Source: Octopus bimaculoides
Lineage: Eukaryota
Direction of reading: 5' to 3'
Assembly (NCBI RefSeq): GCF_001194135.2
Contig: NC_068992.1
Location: 33,173,088 to 33,237,087, forward strand
DNA length: 64,000 nucleotides
Position numbers and translations under genes: made by a program
Shown: positions 35,894-50,039 of the stretch, piece after piece
Layout: every line of letters starts with the position of its first letter
Position numbering within the stretch: the first letter of the stretch is position 1
The notes under the pieces: model-generated
Databases searched by the model: none
Told to the model about the DNA's origin: nothing
Seen by the model: the letters and a program-made list of their open reading frames with translations, nothing else

Positions 35894-37079
35894 AGCAATT
35901 TACTGATACTATTTTTATAAGCGATTTAGAAAATGATTGCCAACAGAAAATGCTGGTAGATTTTGGTACTTGAACAACAGTAGGTTCTTAATAGTCAGAA
36001 CTAATTTCTTAACAGATTAAAGTTACTTAAACATATTTTAATAGAATACTATAGTATTGTGATTCATTTCATTTTAATGACAAGAACACAATGCAGCTCA
36101 TTTTTAATTTCCAATCAACTTCATTTCTTTGCTTTGTTTTTGAGTGTGCTGAAAAGCCTAAATCACAATAAGTTGACACAATGGCGTGTATAGTCCTTTC
36201 TGCCAATTTTCCTTATAAACCACACATGATGGGCTAAAATTTTGCTATACATTTCTCATTGAAATTATCCCTTCCTACCAAATCATCATCATCTTGTCAA
36301 TCATCAGGAATTTTTTTGATAATGATTTTCAGCTAATGGATTTCACATAAAATTCAACTCACCATCATTGACCTCAGAATGATGAATTTACTGAATTCAT
36401 TTTGTTATGATGTCAACTGCAGCAAGATTTTTGTTTCTTTTCCTAATTTTCGTTTTATTTTATTTTATTTATCATCTATTTATTTTTTTTTTTTTTTTAT
36501 TGTTTTGGCATAATTTGGGAGCAATTGATCTTTACCGACAGCAACAAGAAATGATGATAGTTTCTTAAAAATTGCAACATTTTTTAATGCTAATTTTTCT
36601 CTTCCAGTCATCATCTTTGTTTATGACAGCTTTCAAAAAATCAATGAATTATGCATCTGAAGATTTAGATTATTCAACTGTTCAAAAAAGATCAACTACA
36701 TAGGCAATGCACATGATCTATTTTTCAACGTTCAGCTATGCAAAGACTTCCATCTTACTTTGAACTTCAAAAAGTTGAGTTCATCATCTCTAAACCCAAA
36801 TACTAACCCAAATTTTGAAAGCTACTGGTAAAAAGAAGCAAAAGATAACCTGCTTCCATGTCCATAATGAACTGATAGAAAGCTTGTAAGTCAAGAGCAC
36901 TTCCTTTGACAAAATTTACAATTTGAAATATTTGATCCAAATCTCTGTTAAGGAATTTGGAAGTGTTTTTGCAGACATTAACTGAAAATATTGCCTATGT
37001 TCTTTCTCTACAAAACCCCTAGATATTATCTCACAAAATATTTTCTTATTCCATGACAGATGTAACTTCTCCAAAAATA

Positions 37080-37995
37080 CGTGGGGGCTACCCAAAAGTA
37101 ACCAGAAACGTTTTCTGTGAGACAAGCCCATTGTAGTTTGGGCTTCCACTGCTAGAGGCCACTTGATGCAATCCACAGGCATCAGTATACCAATCCTCCT
37201 TATGGAATGGTGTTGTACTGCCACATGATGCATTTTTGTTTTGCAGTGCTTTTCTCCTATTTGTTAATTTTTGCGATGGCTGAAACGAAAAAACTGGGTG
37301 CTTCCATGAAATTCTGTTTACTGCTGGGGAAAACCGTGATCAAAACAGTTTTCATGCTTCAAACAGCTTACAAGGGTGTTGCCGTGAGCAAAACACAAGC
37401 TTACAAGTGGTTTTCACGTTTTAGTAACGTCTCTTGTTGCTTGAAGCCTAACTTTGTTCAGGGCGACCGATGACCTCCTGAACCAATGAAAACATCACCT
37501 AAACTCATGAACTGATCTTCGAGGACCATCACTGAACAATTGACGAATTTGTTGATATGACTCATGTGTCCTGGAGCTCCTGCCAATTAACTTTTAGTGA
37601 GGAATTGCAAATGAAATGAGTTACAGCAACATTTGTGTCTCGCTCATGGATGATCAAAAGCCTTGAGTGTGAGACAGTTTTGGGACAAAAATGGCATGAG
37701 CCCACTTACCCACCCTTCTTATTCACCTGATTTTCTTCCTTGTGACTTCCCCCAAATGGAAAAAGTCTTTAAAGGATACCATTTTGCACTGGAGGAAGAC
37801 GTGATGGAAAAAACAATGGCGGTATTAAAAGATATCACTTTGCAAAAGTTCCAAGACTGCTTCAAAAAGTAGAAAATGCATCTGGACCAATACATTACTT
37901 CAAATGGAGAATACTTTGAAGGTGATTATAGTGTAAACACGTGAAGCTAAGAATAAAATATTGCAAAATTCCAGTTTCTTTTGGATACCCACTCG
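37080..37995 (+). mobile_element. Internally deleted mariner with both TIRs and TA flanks
   Basis: TIR cgtgggggctacccaaaagtaaccagaa vs ttccagtttctttttggatacccactcg; MKFCLLLGK..KWFSRF and HPSYSPDFLPCDF..NGEYFEGD motifs. Confidence 0.88.
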
Positions 37996-38649
37996 TATCT
38001 ACACAGTGACTGGGAACATGGTGTTACATCAGTTGATTCTTGATAATTTTACTCAAAATTTAATGAAACGCTGCAGACTTGATCTCTTGCATAAGGTGAT
38101 TTATTATGTTAATGGTTCTGTCACTTATCCTTCTTTGAACAGCTTCTGATAATGAAGCTGTTTAATTTTCTCCATTATAACAATAAAATTTATGGCATTT
38201 TGAAAACACTACATTTGATCAAATTTTTTCCATAACTCTAATTCTATGATATAAAACTCTTCAATAATTTGTTCATTTATTTCTTGAAATGCTCCTGTTG
38301 GGTTAAAAATTCTGTGACTAATAAACCAGAATAAGCCAAAGACAACTACAACTGAATATTTCCAGCAATAAAATGTGAGATGCTTAACTATATTTTTTAT
38401 TTTAAATTGAGATTTTACAGAATATCACAGATTAAATTAAAAGCAAACTACAGTTTTACAGACTATACATGATCTTCTGGATATAATACTTAGAAAGGTT
38501 TACCTGCAATGGACCTCAGAGTGCTAATGAATTCCGACCATGAATAACCAATGAGAGAGAAGAAACTCTACTCTGCATGGAATTACATGGTTAGTTTCAG
38601 TATGAAACTAACAACTTAAAATAACAGGAAGCATCATGGAGGTGTCTCA

Positions 38650-39460
38650 GCAAGGGTAACCTTAAAAGGAAGACTGAAAGCGTAAGCATTGTTGCAAGGA
38701 ACTAGGCATTAAATACCAACTCAGTGAAAAAAGATATATACCAGACGAGTGCAATAAACCTCTGCAGAATGTGTTGGAAGAGGGTTGAAAGTGTGACACA
38801 TTGTTAGTGCTTCTGAAAGTTTTGTGCAGAAAGAGTACAAGCACAGACACGACAAGGTAGCCCAAAACCTTCACTGGCCACTATGCCAGAAGTATTGATA
38901 TGATATAACAGGTCCTTGGTACCAACATACACCAGAAAAGGTAATTGGCAAAAAGGGGAAGACAAAGCTACTTTGGGGCTCTGATTTCCAGTCAGACAAG
39001 GTGTTAGTGCACTGAAGGCCAGATATAGTAACCTTTAGGAAGGACAAACAAGAGTGCTTAATAATTGATGTGGCAGTGCCAGGAGACCAAAATATTATCA
39101 TGAAAAAATGACAAAAGTTAGATAAAAATAGAGACCTAAGAATCGAGATCGTCAAGATGTGATAGCTACAAGAGTCAAACATAAAGGTTGTCCCTGTTGT
39201 CATCAGAGCATTGAGTCCAATACCTCTCAACTTGAAGAAGCATCTTGAAACTTTAGAAATGCCCTACAATCTTGGTATATTGCAAAAACTGGCTTTACTT
39301 CGAATTGCCTGCACATTTTGCTTAAAGTACTGTCAGTCAGAGGTCCTTGTGACTTGACAGACAGTACAAACCCCTGGTAGACACAATATCTTCAACCTAC
39401 AAGATCACAATATTGGATATTGGGCAACGTCTTCAACATAATAATAATAATAATGATAAT
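38650..39460 (+). mobile_element. R4/Dong-clade non-LTR retrotransposon 3' fragment (zinc knuckle plus restriction-like endonuclease) with (TAA)n end
   Basis: CRMC..RVESVTHIVS, RHDKVA..LHW, RPDIV...K.ECLIIDVAVPGD, VVPVVI and LQKLALL motifs; ataataataataat at 39437. Confidence 0.85.
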
Positions 39461-40249
39461 AGTATTTTCTAAAGATTTACAAAAAAAATGGACTGAAGCT
39501 GGTACAGGACAGCACATGACAATGTGGTGTGCTATATACAGTAAAATAACAGAAACAAAGAAGCAAAAACTGCAATCAAGAACTACTTCCCTAAAAAAAG
39601 GAAACTTCCAAGGGCAGCTTATTGAAATACCACAAAAGCATGGTCTCCCTGACAACAAAGGCAAGTGCCGTCTCCCTATCCTCCTCTGTCAATTTATAGG
39701 CACATGTTCAGAGCCACCCCATTCACTTGGAACATCCATTCTTGCCACTCTCATTTACCTTTTGTTGTAAAGCAGTCTTTTGCCACTGTTGTATCTGTCT
39801 TTTGATGATGGTTGTCACTCCAACAGATATTGTTATATTACAAAGTTATCAATAGAATGTCTCTATCTGGCACTGTACAACCCCCAGTCATACAGTGTTA
39901 TTATCCTCAAAAGGTTGGACCATTATAACATCCACTCAGTATCACAGTATAATTACTATATCAGCTCAGACACAACTATCAACACAGTCTACATGTACAC
40001 TCAACCTTCTCAAACTTCTCCTGTTGACCGGCTACTGGTCTATTTATACTGGTTGGCTACTACCACTTTTTACCGGGAGGGATGTACAGTTTTACTATAC
40101 AACACATTTCAACAAATTTGTTGGAAGGTAGCACTTCTTCATCCACACTCTCTTTCCTTTTCTAGTGAAACTTGAAATGTTGATGAGAGCTTAGCTAGAG
40201 AAGTTGTCTAGTTCTCAGCCCTTTTAGTATGATCTACCACACAAGTTTT

Positions 40250-42060
40250 AAGATAAGGCTAGCATACAAATAAACACTGCCTGTCCATCCTGGCAATAGG
40301 AAGGGGTCAGGATTATCTTTAAAATTGATTCAGCTAGTAGCCAGCCCTGTCCTACATATGACACAAAGTTATTTGGCATAAAGCCACAAGTCAGCAAGGC
40401 TTGGATACTCTATGAGTGCATGAAGAACAGTATCATCTCTCTGTACATGTCCTTAGCAGGCCTGGCTGATGGCCCTTTTGTGTCAGTAGGGTCTATCTCA
40501 ATCCAGCAATGTCTGCTGGTAGCAATTTCAAGTCAGATATTTTTGGAAATTATCCATAAATACTGGCCTGAAAGTTTTCCATAACAAAGCAGTCAGTTGA
40601 CTTTTGTCATTGCCCAGCATTTTTCCACGAATGTCATTGATCTTACCTGCCATTAAACTTCTAAATGCCAAAGTGGAATTTCCATCAACTGCATTACCCA
40701 ACTGATAGAAGGCTATGAACACCTCAAGATGCTCTGGGTGCCAAACACCCTGCTTAAGCCTATATTTTATCCAGCAGTGCATCCTTGTCAAAGAAGCTGT
40801 GGAAAAGTGAATCTGACAAAAAAGTGACCACAACTGCTCATCAGTAAGGAAACACTGAGGATGTCACAACCTCAATGCATGTTTGTACATCCTCAGCTAT
40901 GTCCGGCGCAGTCTTCCATTCAGCAGGTATTGACCAGAAATGTATCCATTCCACTGTATGGTGAGATCTGAACTAGAAAAAGGCATGGTGACCAGGTGGT
41001 AATACATGATGGAGGTGATGTAAATGTTTGCCACTTTTGCTGGACCTTTCAAGAACAGCTTCTTTTCAGCCCATTTCTGGGTGAGATCAGCCATCTACTC
41101 ATCCCAGTTTTTCTCCACTTTGAGTAATTTAACTGGTCCTTCTCACGATGCTGTTGAATGATATCGACTAGTCTCTGTAGTTGCTAAGCCATAGGCTCTC
41201 TGACTTTTATTAGTTAAATTTTGGTCCTGTGATCACCTCATAGTCTCCTTGAACAGGGCCGATCACCTCTATGTTCCTAGTGTCTAACACTGAGATGGCA
41301 ATATCTGCATATGCTGATAAGAATCTTCCACATACTAGTCTGAGCAGAATGCACCTCAATGTTTCTGGTTTCTGCAGTAGTGTCCCAAGAGTTGATACAC
41401 AGAGAAGAGAGGAGATAGGACAATCTTCACAAGTTGAATGCATGGTACTCAATGGTTCTGATAGATGCCTATCCACCCCAAGCTATTGAGCAGATTTGCG
41501 GCAATCCAACAGTACATTGTAGCAATACAACAGCAAATGATGGGACCACAACTGGGCTCTCTTAAAACAACTCTCAAGTATTGATGGTCAACCTATCGAG
41601 AGCCTTTAATTGATTTAAACTGATCAGGGCCACACCCATGTCAGTCTCTTTCCCTCCCTTTCTATGGTGTATCACATAAGGTGGAGATTGCCATGGATAG
41701 ATCTGTTCAGAATGTTGTATGTTTGAACATCACCAATTAGACCCTCAATGGCAAGTGCCAACTTCTTTGCTAACATCTGGGATAACATTTTAACATCTGC
41801 ATTTAACAAGTGTTTATAGACTTAAAGTTATCAATAAAAATCTTCCTTGTTTGGATCCTTTCTTAACAGTTCCACTACTCCTCAACTCACAGAACTGGGA
41901 TTTATGGTAGATATATCTCTGTTACTGGTGTTATCAAAAACTGCACCCACTAGACTCAGTAAAGTGATTGGTATGAGGAAAGGCAAGCAGCCTAGAAACT
42001 ATGCCAAAAATTAGCATTGGAAAAACATACAGTTCTCTAACACACCAAAATTTTTCAAAT
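40250..42060 (-). mobile_element. Tx1/L1-clade LINE, decayed RT region
   Basis: LLNADVKMLSQMLAKKLAL, DCPISSLLCV, SAYAD and DYEVITGPKFN motifs. Confidence 0.75.
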
Positions 42061-42089
42061 TGTTCAACCATTGCCTGCACAAAATGTGG

Positions 42090-42195
42090 ATGTAAAATGA
42101 TGAAGACAATGATGATGGCCATACGAATGGTAGCAAAGATGATTATGATGATGATGATGATGATGATGAGGATGATGGTGATGATGATGGTATGC
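42090..42195. repeat. (GAT)n trinucleotide repeat
   Basis: Direct inspection. Confidence 0.9.
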
Positions 42196-42429
42196 ATTCT
42201 ATAATCTATATCATGGAACCTCTTTGATTGTCCATTTATGTTTTCCTTGTGGCTATTAAGGAGAAAATTACTTCAGTTACTGTAATTCTTCCATAGAATA
42301 GAAAGATACCTTGGGTGAGCAAACTGAATCACACTTGAATGACAGTGGAAATCATAGTGAATTCCTCTACAGAAACTAGCTTTATACCACTGTATTCTGA
42401 GTTCAAATAATACAATGCATGAGTGAAAA

Positions 42430-42625
42430 GTTAAGGAGGTGGCAAAATTGTTAGAATACTGAACAAAATGCTTAGTGTCCTGAGTTCCATTAAGTCGATT
42501 TTGCCTTTCATTCTTTTGGAGGAAGTGGAAACTGCAATAAATTAAGTACCAGTTGTGCACTGGGTTCGATGTTATTGACTTTCCTCCTCCCACCGCCAAC
42601 TGCTGGTCTTGTGCTAAGATCTGAA
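42430..42625 (-). mobile_element. SINE family B, degraded
   Basis: ggcaaaattgttagaatactgaacaaaatgcttag and aattaagtaccagttg blocks. Confidence 0.55.
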
Positions 42626-43639
42626 GCCATTATTTCAAGAGTGATTATCAAATATTTAGTCAGCTCATACTAATCACCTGTACCATTCCCTAGAAACAAA
42701 TGTAATAAATCATGAATAACAATTGTAACGGCAATAACGTTATTACTAGTAGTTGTTTAACTAAATCTCTTGTTGTTGTTGTTGTCAATTTTTTTCCTAC
42801 TACTGCTGTTGCTGTTCTTGGAGCCATAAACTGTCCCTGATCAAATAGATATATGATCAAATGTATACAAGCCACAAGTAACCATTGCATCAAATTTTTT
42901 ATGAATGGTATATTCCTAGACTATATTATCATGTTTTCTTCTTTTAAAACAGCAGCATGTAGTTTCAATAAAATTAAGCTGCTTTTCCTAGCATATCACA
43001 TGACTACATAGAGGCTCTTCTTTAGCATGAATTAATGGGTTAGAAACATTACAGAATATAATATGTAAAAAAAGCATCGGAAGGGTGATGCATACCTTGC
43101 ACACAGATAAGATTTTTCACAAATTATAGTATGGTTTAAATGTGTTGCTTACCCATACTTTTTACTTGAACTAAGTGAAGCTTTATGTTTGACTAAAAGA
43201 AGATTAGAAGCCTAAGAATGGTGAAATTAAGAAATCAACTTGTAAACAAATGAAACGCTCGAATCCATTACTGGACACACATACTCACACACACAGTCAC
43301 ATATCTATGTATGTATGTACCCACACGTGTCTATGCACATAAGTACACCATGATCTATACACAAGCAGACAAGGGCCAATTCATATAAAAAATAATGAAA
43401 TACTAATAGCAAATATTGCATAACAACATCTTTCAATGATGGAACATGATTCAAATGTACCATAGTTCGTTGTAGGGCATAAATTATATGACCACTTGCT
43501 TATGAGGAAATTTGAAAGTTTAATTTTCTTTTAATTTATTTAATCAGAATTATAGATATTTATACTCCAGTGAAATTAAAAAATCATCTCATAAATAAAC
43601 AAAACCTTTGAATCCATCACTGTACACACACACATACAC

Positions 43640-43860
43640 ACACACAGAATTGTATATCAATGTGTGTATTTATGTATGTTTGAAGATAATCAAACCAAAT
43701 TTTCATCATTTCGAGCCACTCACCCAATGAGTATTACTGCCAAATCTGGTGAAAATCCAGTCAGCCATTTTCCAGTAATTTTGAAAAAAAACACAGACAA
43801 ACAGGCAAAGATCAGTGATTACAACACCCTGCTTTCGCTTATGCACACAGGGTAAAAATA
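43640..43860 (+). mobile_element. Possible Helentron-associated (DINE-1/HINE-like) element
   Basis: ccaaatctggtgaaaatcc...ccattttccagtaatt...acagacaaacag motif and 3' inverted repeat ACCCTG/CAGGGT. Confidence 0.4.
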
Positions 43861-46800
43861 CTGGATTAGATATTTTATTATAGTCTTGAAACTTCACTGT
43901 GTTGTTTTCAAATAATTCAACATTCAAGTACCAGGAATATATTGAATATACGAGTACCAAATTAGCATTTGCCTGTTTACAAAAAAGCACACTGCACTTG
44001 TAAAAGAACCATTGTAACTATTATCACCCATTTTCTCTTTCCTTTCTCTTTTTTTTTATCTGTGACACTTAATTTAACATCCTAAAAGTACTGATGACAG
44101 AAACTTTTCTGCAATTCAGTACAATGCTATAATGCCAGCTATGCTGGAATATTAACAATTGAATGAGACTTAATTATTATCAGTGTCTTGTTGCTATTGC
44201 TAATTCCATCTTTGCTTAAAGTCATCCTTTATCATGCAATCCAAGCCCTTGAATTGTATCTTAAAATTCAATAGATACAGTTTTAGTGTTCAACTTTTTG
44301 ACACTTTTACAGAACATGATCACTAGATTGCAGCAATTCTCTCTTTTGAAACCTCAGAAGGTATAAACCATTGAAACATTATTATCTACATCATAAGAAG
44401 CAACACACACATACACATACACACACATGTTCACATGCACATGTACAGTGCTCAGTCACTTACGTGTTTAATCATACATTGACAAAGTAGAATCCTACTA
44501 GAACACCAGCCTGGGAAAAAGCAGACTTGATCCTTTATTCCCACTGATTTGTGTAGGCCTCAAAGTAGACATTTGCTTCATAGATAAATAGTGAATCTTA
44601 AATGAAAACACTCAAAGCCATATACAGTGGAGATGAGTGCACTGTAAGCTAAAACAAAGTGAGAATGCTGCTAGTGAGTAATTCCTACCCAGGAGAGGCT
44701 ATTCACCAGTATTACACTAACTTAATAATAACTGTAGTGTATGCTACAGTTCACATTTTCAGTGGTAAATGCTTTATTACTATTGCTCTTCATATCCTTA
44801 AGCTTATGTCAGCAATTTGATTTTTAGGATTGCTTTCAGTATACAGAATATCTATCTCCAAGAACCAGTGCACTTTAAATGAAACAAATTCTGTTGCATT
44901 GGTATATACAGAAAGACTTACTTTGTTTTCATTCAGTGTAAATGAATAGATTTGCCATTCTATTCTCTATTTTGAGGCATTAAGCTAATCATACAATAAT
45001 TGAACTTGACTATTAATTTTGTTGTAAGATCAGATGAATAAATTAGATTATTGTTAATACATTAAAGATACAGTAATGCTGATTTATATAAGGAAAGGAA
45101 TTTTTAATTGATACAGTCATATTTTCAAGGTTAAACCACAAATACAAATTTGTAATATATTACAGTTGTCATCAGGAGGGAATATTTAACATAAGCCTCT
45201 AACTTACTGAAATGATGTATTGTGTAGCATTAAAAGGTTGTGCTTTTAGATTTAGTTTAAAAAATAACATCTATATTTATAGAGTAAGTATCAACTCAAT
45301 CAGATTTTCCGTTTCCAAGTTACTACCTTCTAGAATTAAAACCTTCTAAGCATCTCAAATAAGTTAGCTGACACATAATATCAAGATTAGGTACATAATA
45401 ATGTTATTCTTGTATTCCTTTTGATCAACTCCATCACTGCAGTAGCAGATCTATTGATCCTTCAGATATGCCATTTAATCTTTAAAAATTATTAAATCAG
45501 ACTTGTAAACCAATGCCATCAACCAAATTGATATATATAGAGATAAGTATTTTCAGTAAAGATGATTATCATTTGCCCCTCAGGTGAGAGATAGATTATA
45601 ATTATCTAGGAAACCAGCTGTGACTGCGTTTGAAACATCTCATACTAAGAGATCTATATGTGCTAGTTATTTTTATTATGCAGTTGTTCCACTAGAAATA
45701 ATTATAATCTAATAAAATAAATAGATTCAATTTTGGGCCCTTATGTATTCATTAAAGTCCTCTTTATGACATGTTATAGGCTTTACACCTGCTTAATCTG
45801 TCCCTGCCATTCACAACTAAGTATGAGAGAAAATTCGAAGAGTAGGGTAGTGCTATAACATAAAATCTGAACTATCAATCTCTTAGCTGGTTGTTAATAA
45901 CTATCCAGCTTGCCATTATAAAATAAAATATCTTCAAGCATTAGGATTTTGGTATTTTAACTGTTTTGAAAATGGTATACAGAAAGAGGCTGGATGGGAA
46001 GATATAAAACTGCATATATGGCACTATTACAATTGTATTATATTCTCTCACTGTACTAGGTAAAATGCATTATTGTGTTGTGTACACATGCTACTTCACA
46101 AGCATTGCAATGTGGTTAAAAAGTATCCAGCTTCATGCTTTTGGTTTAGTTTTGCAATGAGGTATTTTGGACAAGTGTCTTTTACCATAGCTTTGTATTG
46201 AGCAATACCTTGTGAATAGAATATGGTAAACGGTAGCTTTGTGGAAGCCCATTGAAAATGTATATACACATGTACGTATTTATGCACTATCATTTGTAGA
46301 TGTATATAAACTGACGTTTTAAAAAATCTTCTTGCAATACTTATTCTATGTAAGCTGTATTGTTATACTCTTGTCACTCTTGCCAACCTAAAAGCATTGT
46401 TGCAGTGATGAGCACATCATAAGCATATAACTATAGATGCTGCTGTTCACAAAATATGATAAAAAATAAATCAAATACATTCATGCATGTGGATGATACA
46501 AGGATCATTCTAAATATGCAGCAAGATACTTTCTGATGGGAAAGATGTTTTTTTTTTTTTTGTGAAGGTAGCTGCTCCAGTATTGCATAAATATCAGAAT
46601 TTTGTCATAAAATCCATAACATTAGAGTCAGTTAATTTAAAACAATAAAAAAAGCAAACGGCAAAAATATTACTCAACAAGTTATTAAATATTCATATTT
46701 ATTTCTTCTTTTTTTTCTTAAGATAACTCTCTTGGATTGATTTCTCTTGACTTGCCTGAAGCCCAAATGTTTGCAGGTGAGAAATATAACCTTGTGAGCT

Positions 46801-48080
46801 GATGATCCATGTTTATAATTGGAAATTATCATCAATTCCAGTAGGCTGAAAGGCAAATGTAAAGTCAATAATAAGAGAGAAAAACTAAATATAGCAAAAT
46901 ATTCATTTGAGTATTCCCCAATTCTCAAGTTATTTTTTTTTGTAACATTTTTTAATAAATTCTTCTGCAACTTTCTATCACACTCTAAACAATATCTATA
47001 ATCATAAAATCTTTCTGCTATCTGCACTAAAATGCATCCAGTATGGTAAAGCCATAGACAATGCTTGATTCTTTGGCAATAGTATTTTTACTTTCTCACA
47101 AGGTTTATTTCTTCAATATAGATCTAGTCATACTACACATAATTATCCATCAAAAGTTCTTATCAAGGGATAATTTTTACTGCACACAACATGCAATATT
47201 TATTTTTATATGCCTTAATATAGTTACTTAGAAGTAATTGTTAAGCATTTCTAAGAAATGTACCAACTACAGATTAATACCTTATCCATAGAAAATGGTT
47301 TTCTTATTAGTGTAACTACCACAAAACTGGAATATTTAAAAGCAAGCTTTTGTACATTTGTGATTCTTGATTAAAGTAACTTTAACATATTTTAGTTTGC
47401 AATTGCATTTTGTAAATTCAGTTGTAAACTTCACTCATGAGACATGCCTAAAGATTGAAATCCTCATGTTGTATGGAATTATTTATTGATGTATGCTTTT
47501 TTAAATCAATCTTAGTTGGGAAGTATTTCAAATTTAATAAATTTAATATTTCTTGCATCTATTTTGGAATAACATTTGATGTTACTAACATTAAAAGAAA
47601 AATAAACCTTTTTTCAAATTTTTTTACATTGAAGAAAAATCTTTAAAAATCTTTCATTACCTATATATCTGAAAATATTCTATGATGTAAATGCTTAATA
47701 TTTTATTTGCTGCATCAGGCCAGTTTACAACATGTTTTCCTATATTTAAATTACACCACTGACTTGTTAATAGCAAAAAGAACATCTAAAAATATTTTCT
47801 TGAATTTGCAAAGGAAATATCACATAAACTTACTCAGTGCCACATAAAAATGTTGAGATTAATTTCAGTAAAACAAATTCAATTTATATTATACTGCAAT
47901 ATAATCTACAGTCATTGACATCGCTAACACACTAACATACAAGGAAATCTGCAGTTAATCACCAAAAATGACATCAAACACCAATATAATCTTCCATTTG
48001 TAGAGCTTTATGTAGAGCAAATAAACTTTGTTTCCATAAACTTCAAAAAAACCTCTGATTCTATCTATGGGTAAACATAC

Positions 48081-48161
48081 AGCCTGCTCTCCCTTCGGGT
48101 ATCACATCTTTCATAACCGACCTGGTCAAGTACATGAGAGGGCTATTGACTACAAGCTGAC
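48081..48161 (-). CDS. Candidate 81 nt phase 1-1 coding exon of an unidentified host gene
   Basis: Acceptor ctgctgttttag|G, donor |GTATGT, single open frame (G)QLVVNSPLMYLTRSVMKDVIPEGRAG, CpGs retained. Confidence 0.35.
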
Positions 48162-48849
48162 CTAAAACAGCAGTAAATGCATTGTGCATGAAAAGTAAAT
48201 ATTCAGTGGTAATATATAAATAGCAAAATGCGAAAAGTTTGAGAAGCTGGAAAATATTAGTCTGAAATCTACAAACCAACACAAATGTGATTGTTGTTAT
48301 GTTGAAGCGTAAGAGCTACAAGAGCCCCAATCAAATGATTTGGCAATCTCATTTAGGTATCACCTACTCCAACCCAAAGATATCCAAGTAAAAGATGGAT
48401 GAAAAAAATGCCCACTTATCTGAACCAATCTAGTTTCCTGACTCAAAGAAAATATGTAATCTACTGTTGACCACAGTATAAAACAATATATACCAAAGCA
48501 GTCAACACTTTTTGAATCACTGAAATTATATATCAATAAATAATGCACAATCACTCATACACTGACATCATGCACCAATATAATTGACACTTACTAACTT
48601 TAAAACAACATATACCAATATATTCTGTAGTAACTCATATCGAAATATATGAAATTCTCAATGAAAATAATGCAGTATATTTATAAAGAAGTGCAACATC
48701 AAATAACAATGATTCATTTTTCGTGAGGAAATTTCAGTATCTGTTTATCTGACTATATATGTATAGCTGTGTGTATGTGAAAGCATATGTGTGTATGTGT
48801 ATGTATATGTGTGTGTGATAATGCCTCTTTGCTTTGATATATCATGATA

Positions 48850-49030
48850 GATGTAAGCATATGTCACCATCATTCAGGATGTGTACTTCATTTCCAATCT
48901 TTTGAGATAACTTGTTTAATCAAGTGAAGGTTGGTGACAGAAAGGGCATCCAGCTATAGAAAATATACTTCAACAAATTCCATCTTACCCATACAAGCTT
49001 GAAAAATGTGGATAGTAAAATAATAAAATT
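48850..49030 (+). mobile_element. Degraded SINE/RTE-type 3' tail
   Basis: gaaagggcatccagctatagaaaa...catacaagcttgaaaaatgtggatagtaaaa resembles the RTE tail at 1600-1655. Confidence 0.45.
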
Positions 49031-49948
49031 GATGACAACAGTGTCAGTGCCACTGCCATTGATGACAATGACAAAAATTCTGCTTTGGATTAGGTTAGTA
49101 TTTATAATAATATATAATTTCAGTTCATAATGCTGTCAAAAATATCAACTGGATAAGATTTTTATCTGTGACAACTTGATTCTTTTCAGAGGACAATTTG
49201 AGTAGCATCTGCAATTGGCATTAAGAATCAGTTCTTAAGATCCTTTGGGATGCTATGGAGATTTTTATTCAGCTTAAATCAACAGTGACAATTTAGCTTC
49301 TCATTCTACATTGTTTGATTGTAGAATTACAGCCTGGAATTTTTTAAATGTGAAAACGATTCATTTCTGATAGATTAAATGATAATATATTTTATTAAAA
49401 GTTAAAGAAGTGTTCAACAACAGGAGAAAACCTTCTGAATGCTATTTATCTTCTGAAGAATCTTTATCCGCCACCTTTCGAACAACTAATGGTATTGGAA
49501 AATTTCTCTAAATAAATTAATTAAACATTTCATTGTTGGAAAATTTTTCACAAAATTTTCAGATAAACTTTAAAACTTAAAAATAGAATATTTGACATTT
49601 ATGAACCAGACTGTGCTTGTTACTATGCATACAACCATACATTCCTTTGTTTACTTGCTTATGACAGTCCATCAAAGGGGATGACAGTGTTGAATCAGAA
49701 CATTCAAACTCCTCTATCTCTAGCATATTATTTCTCATGGGAGTGGACCTGATTAACGAGACTGTTATGAAATAGGCAGATCCTGTGGCACTGAGGGCAC
49801 TGAAAGTGACCCTGAACAGCCATAGGGGGTTGATGATGATGTCTTCTTCTTACTTCATGCAATCTCATGCATTCAGTTTCAAAGAGTTCTTCACCAGCAT
49901 AATGCATGGCCTTCCTTTCTCTCCGATTAACAGTCAGGACCTAACATG

Positions 49949-49982
<34 letters not shown>

Positions 49983-50039
49983 AAATATATATACATCGAT
50001 CTACCTCCTTACCTATCTATCTACCAACCATACTACATA

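Noticed and set aside
36608-36703. Strong acceptor followed by SSSLFMTAFKKSMNYASEDLDYSTVQKRSTT*; similar case near 34500
   Set aside because: Short frames ending in stops with no linked upstream exon or homology
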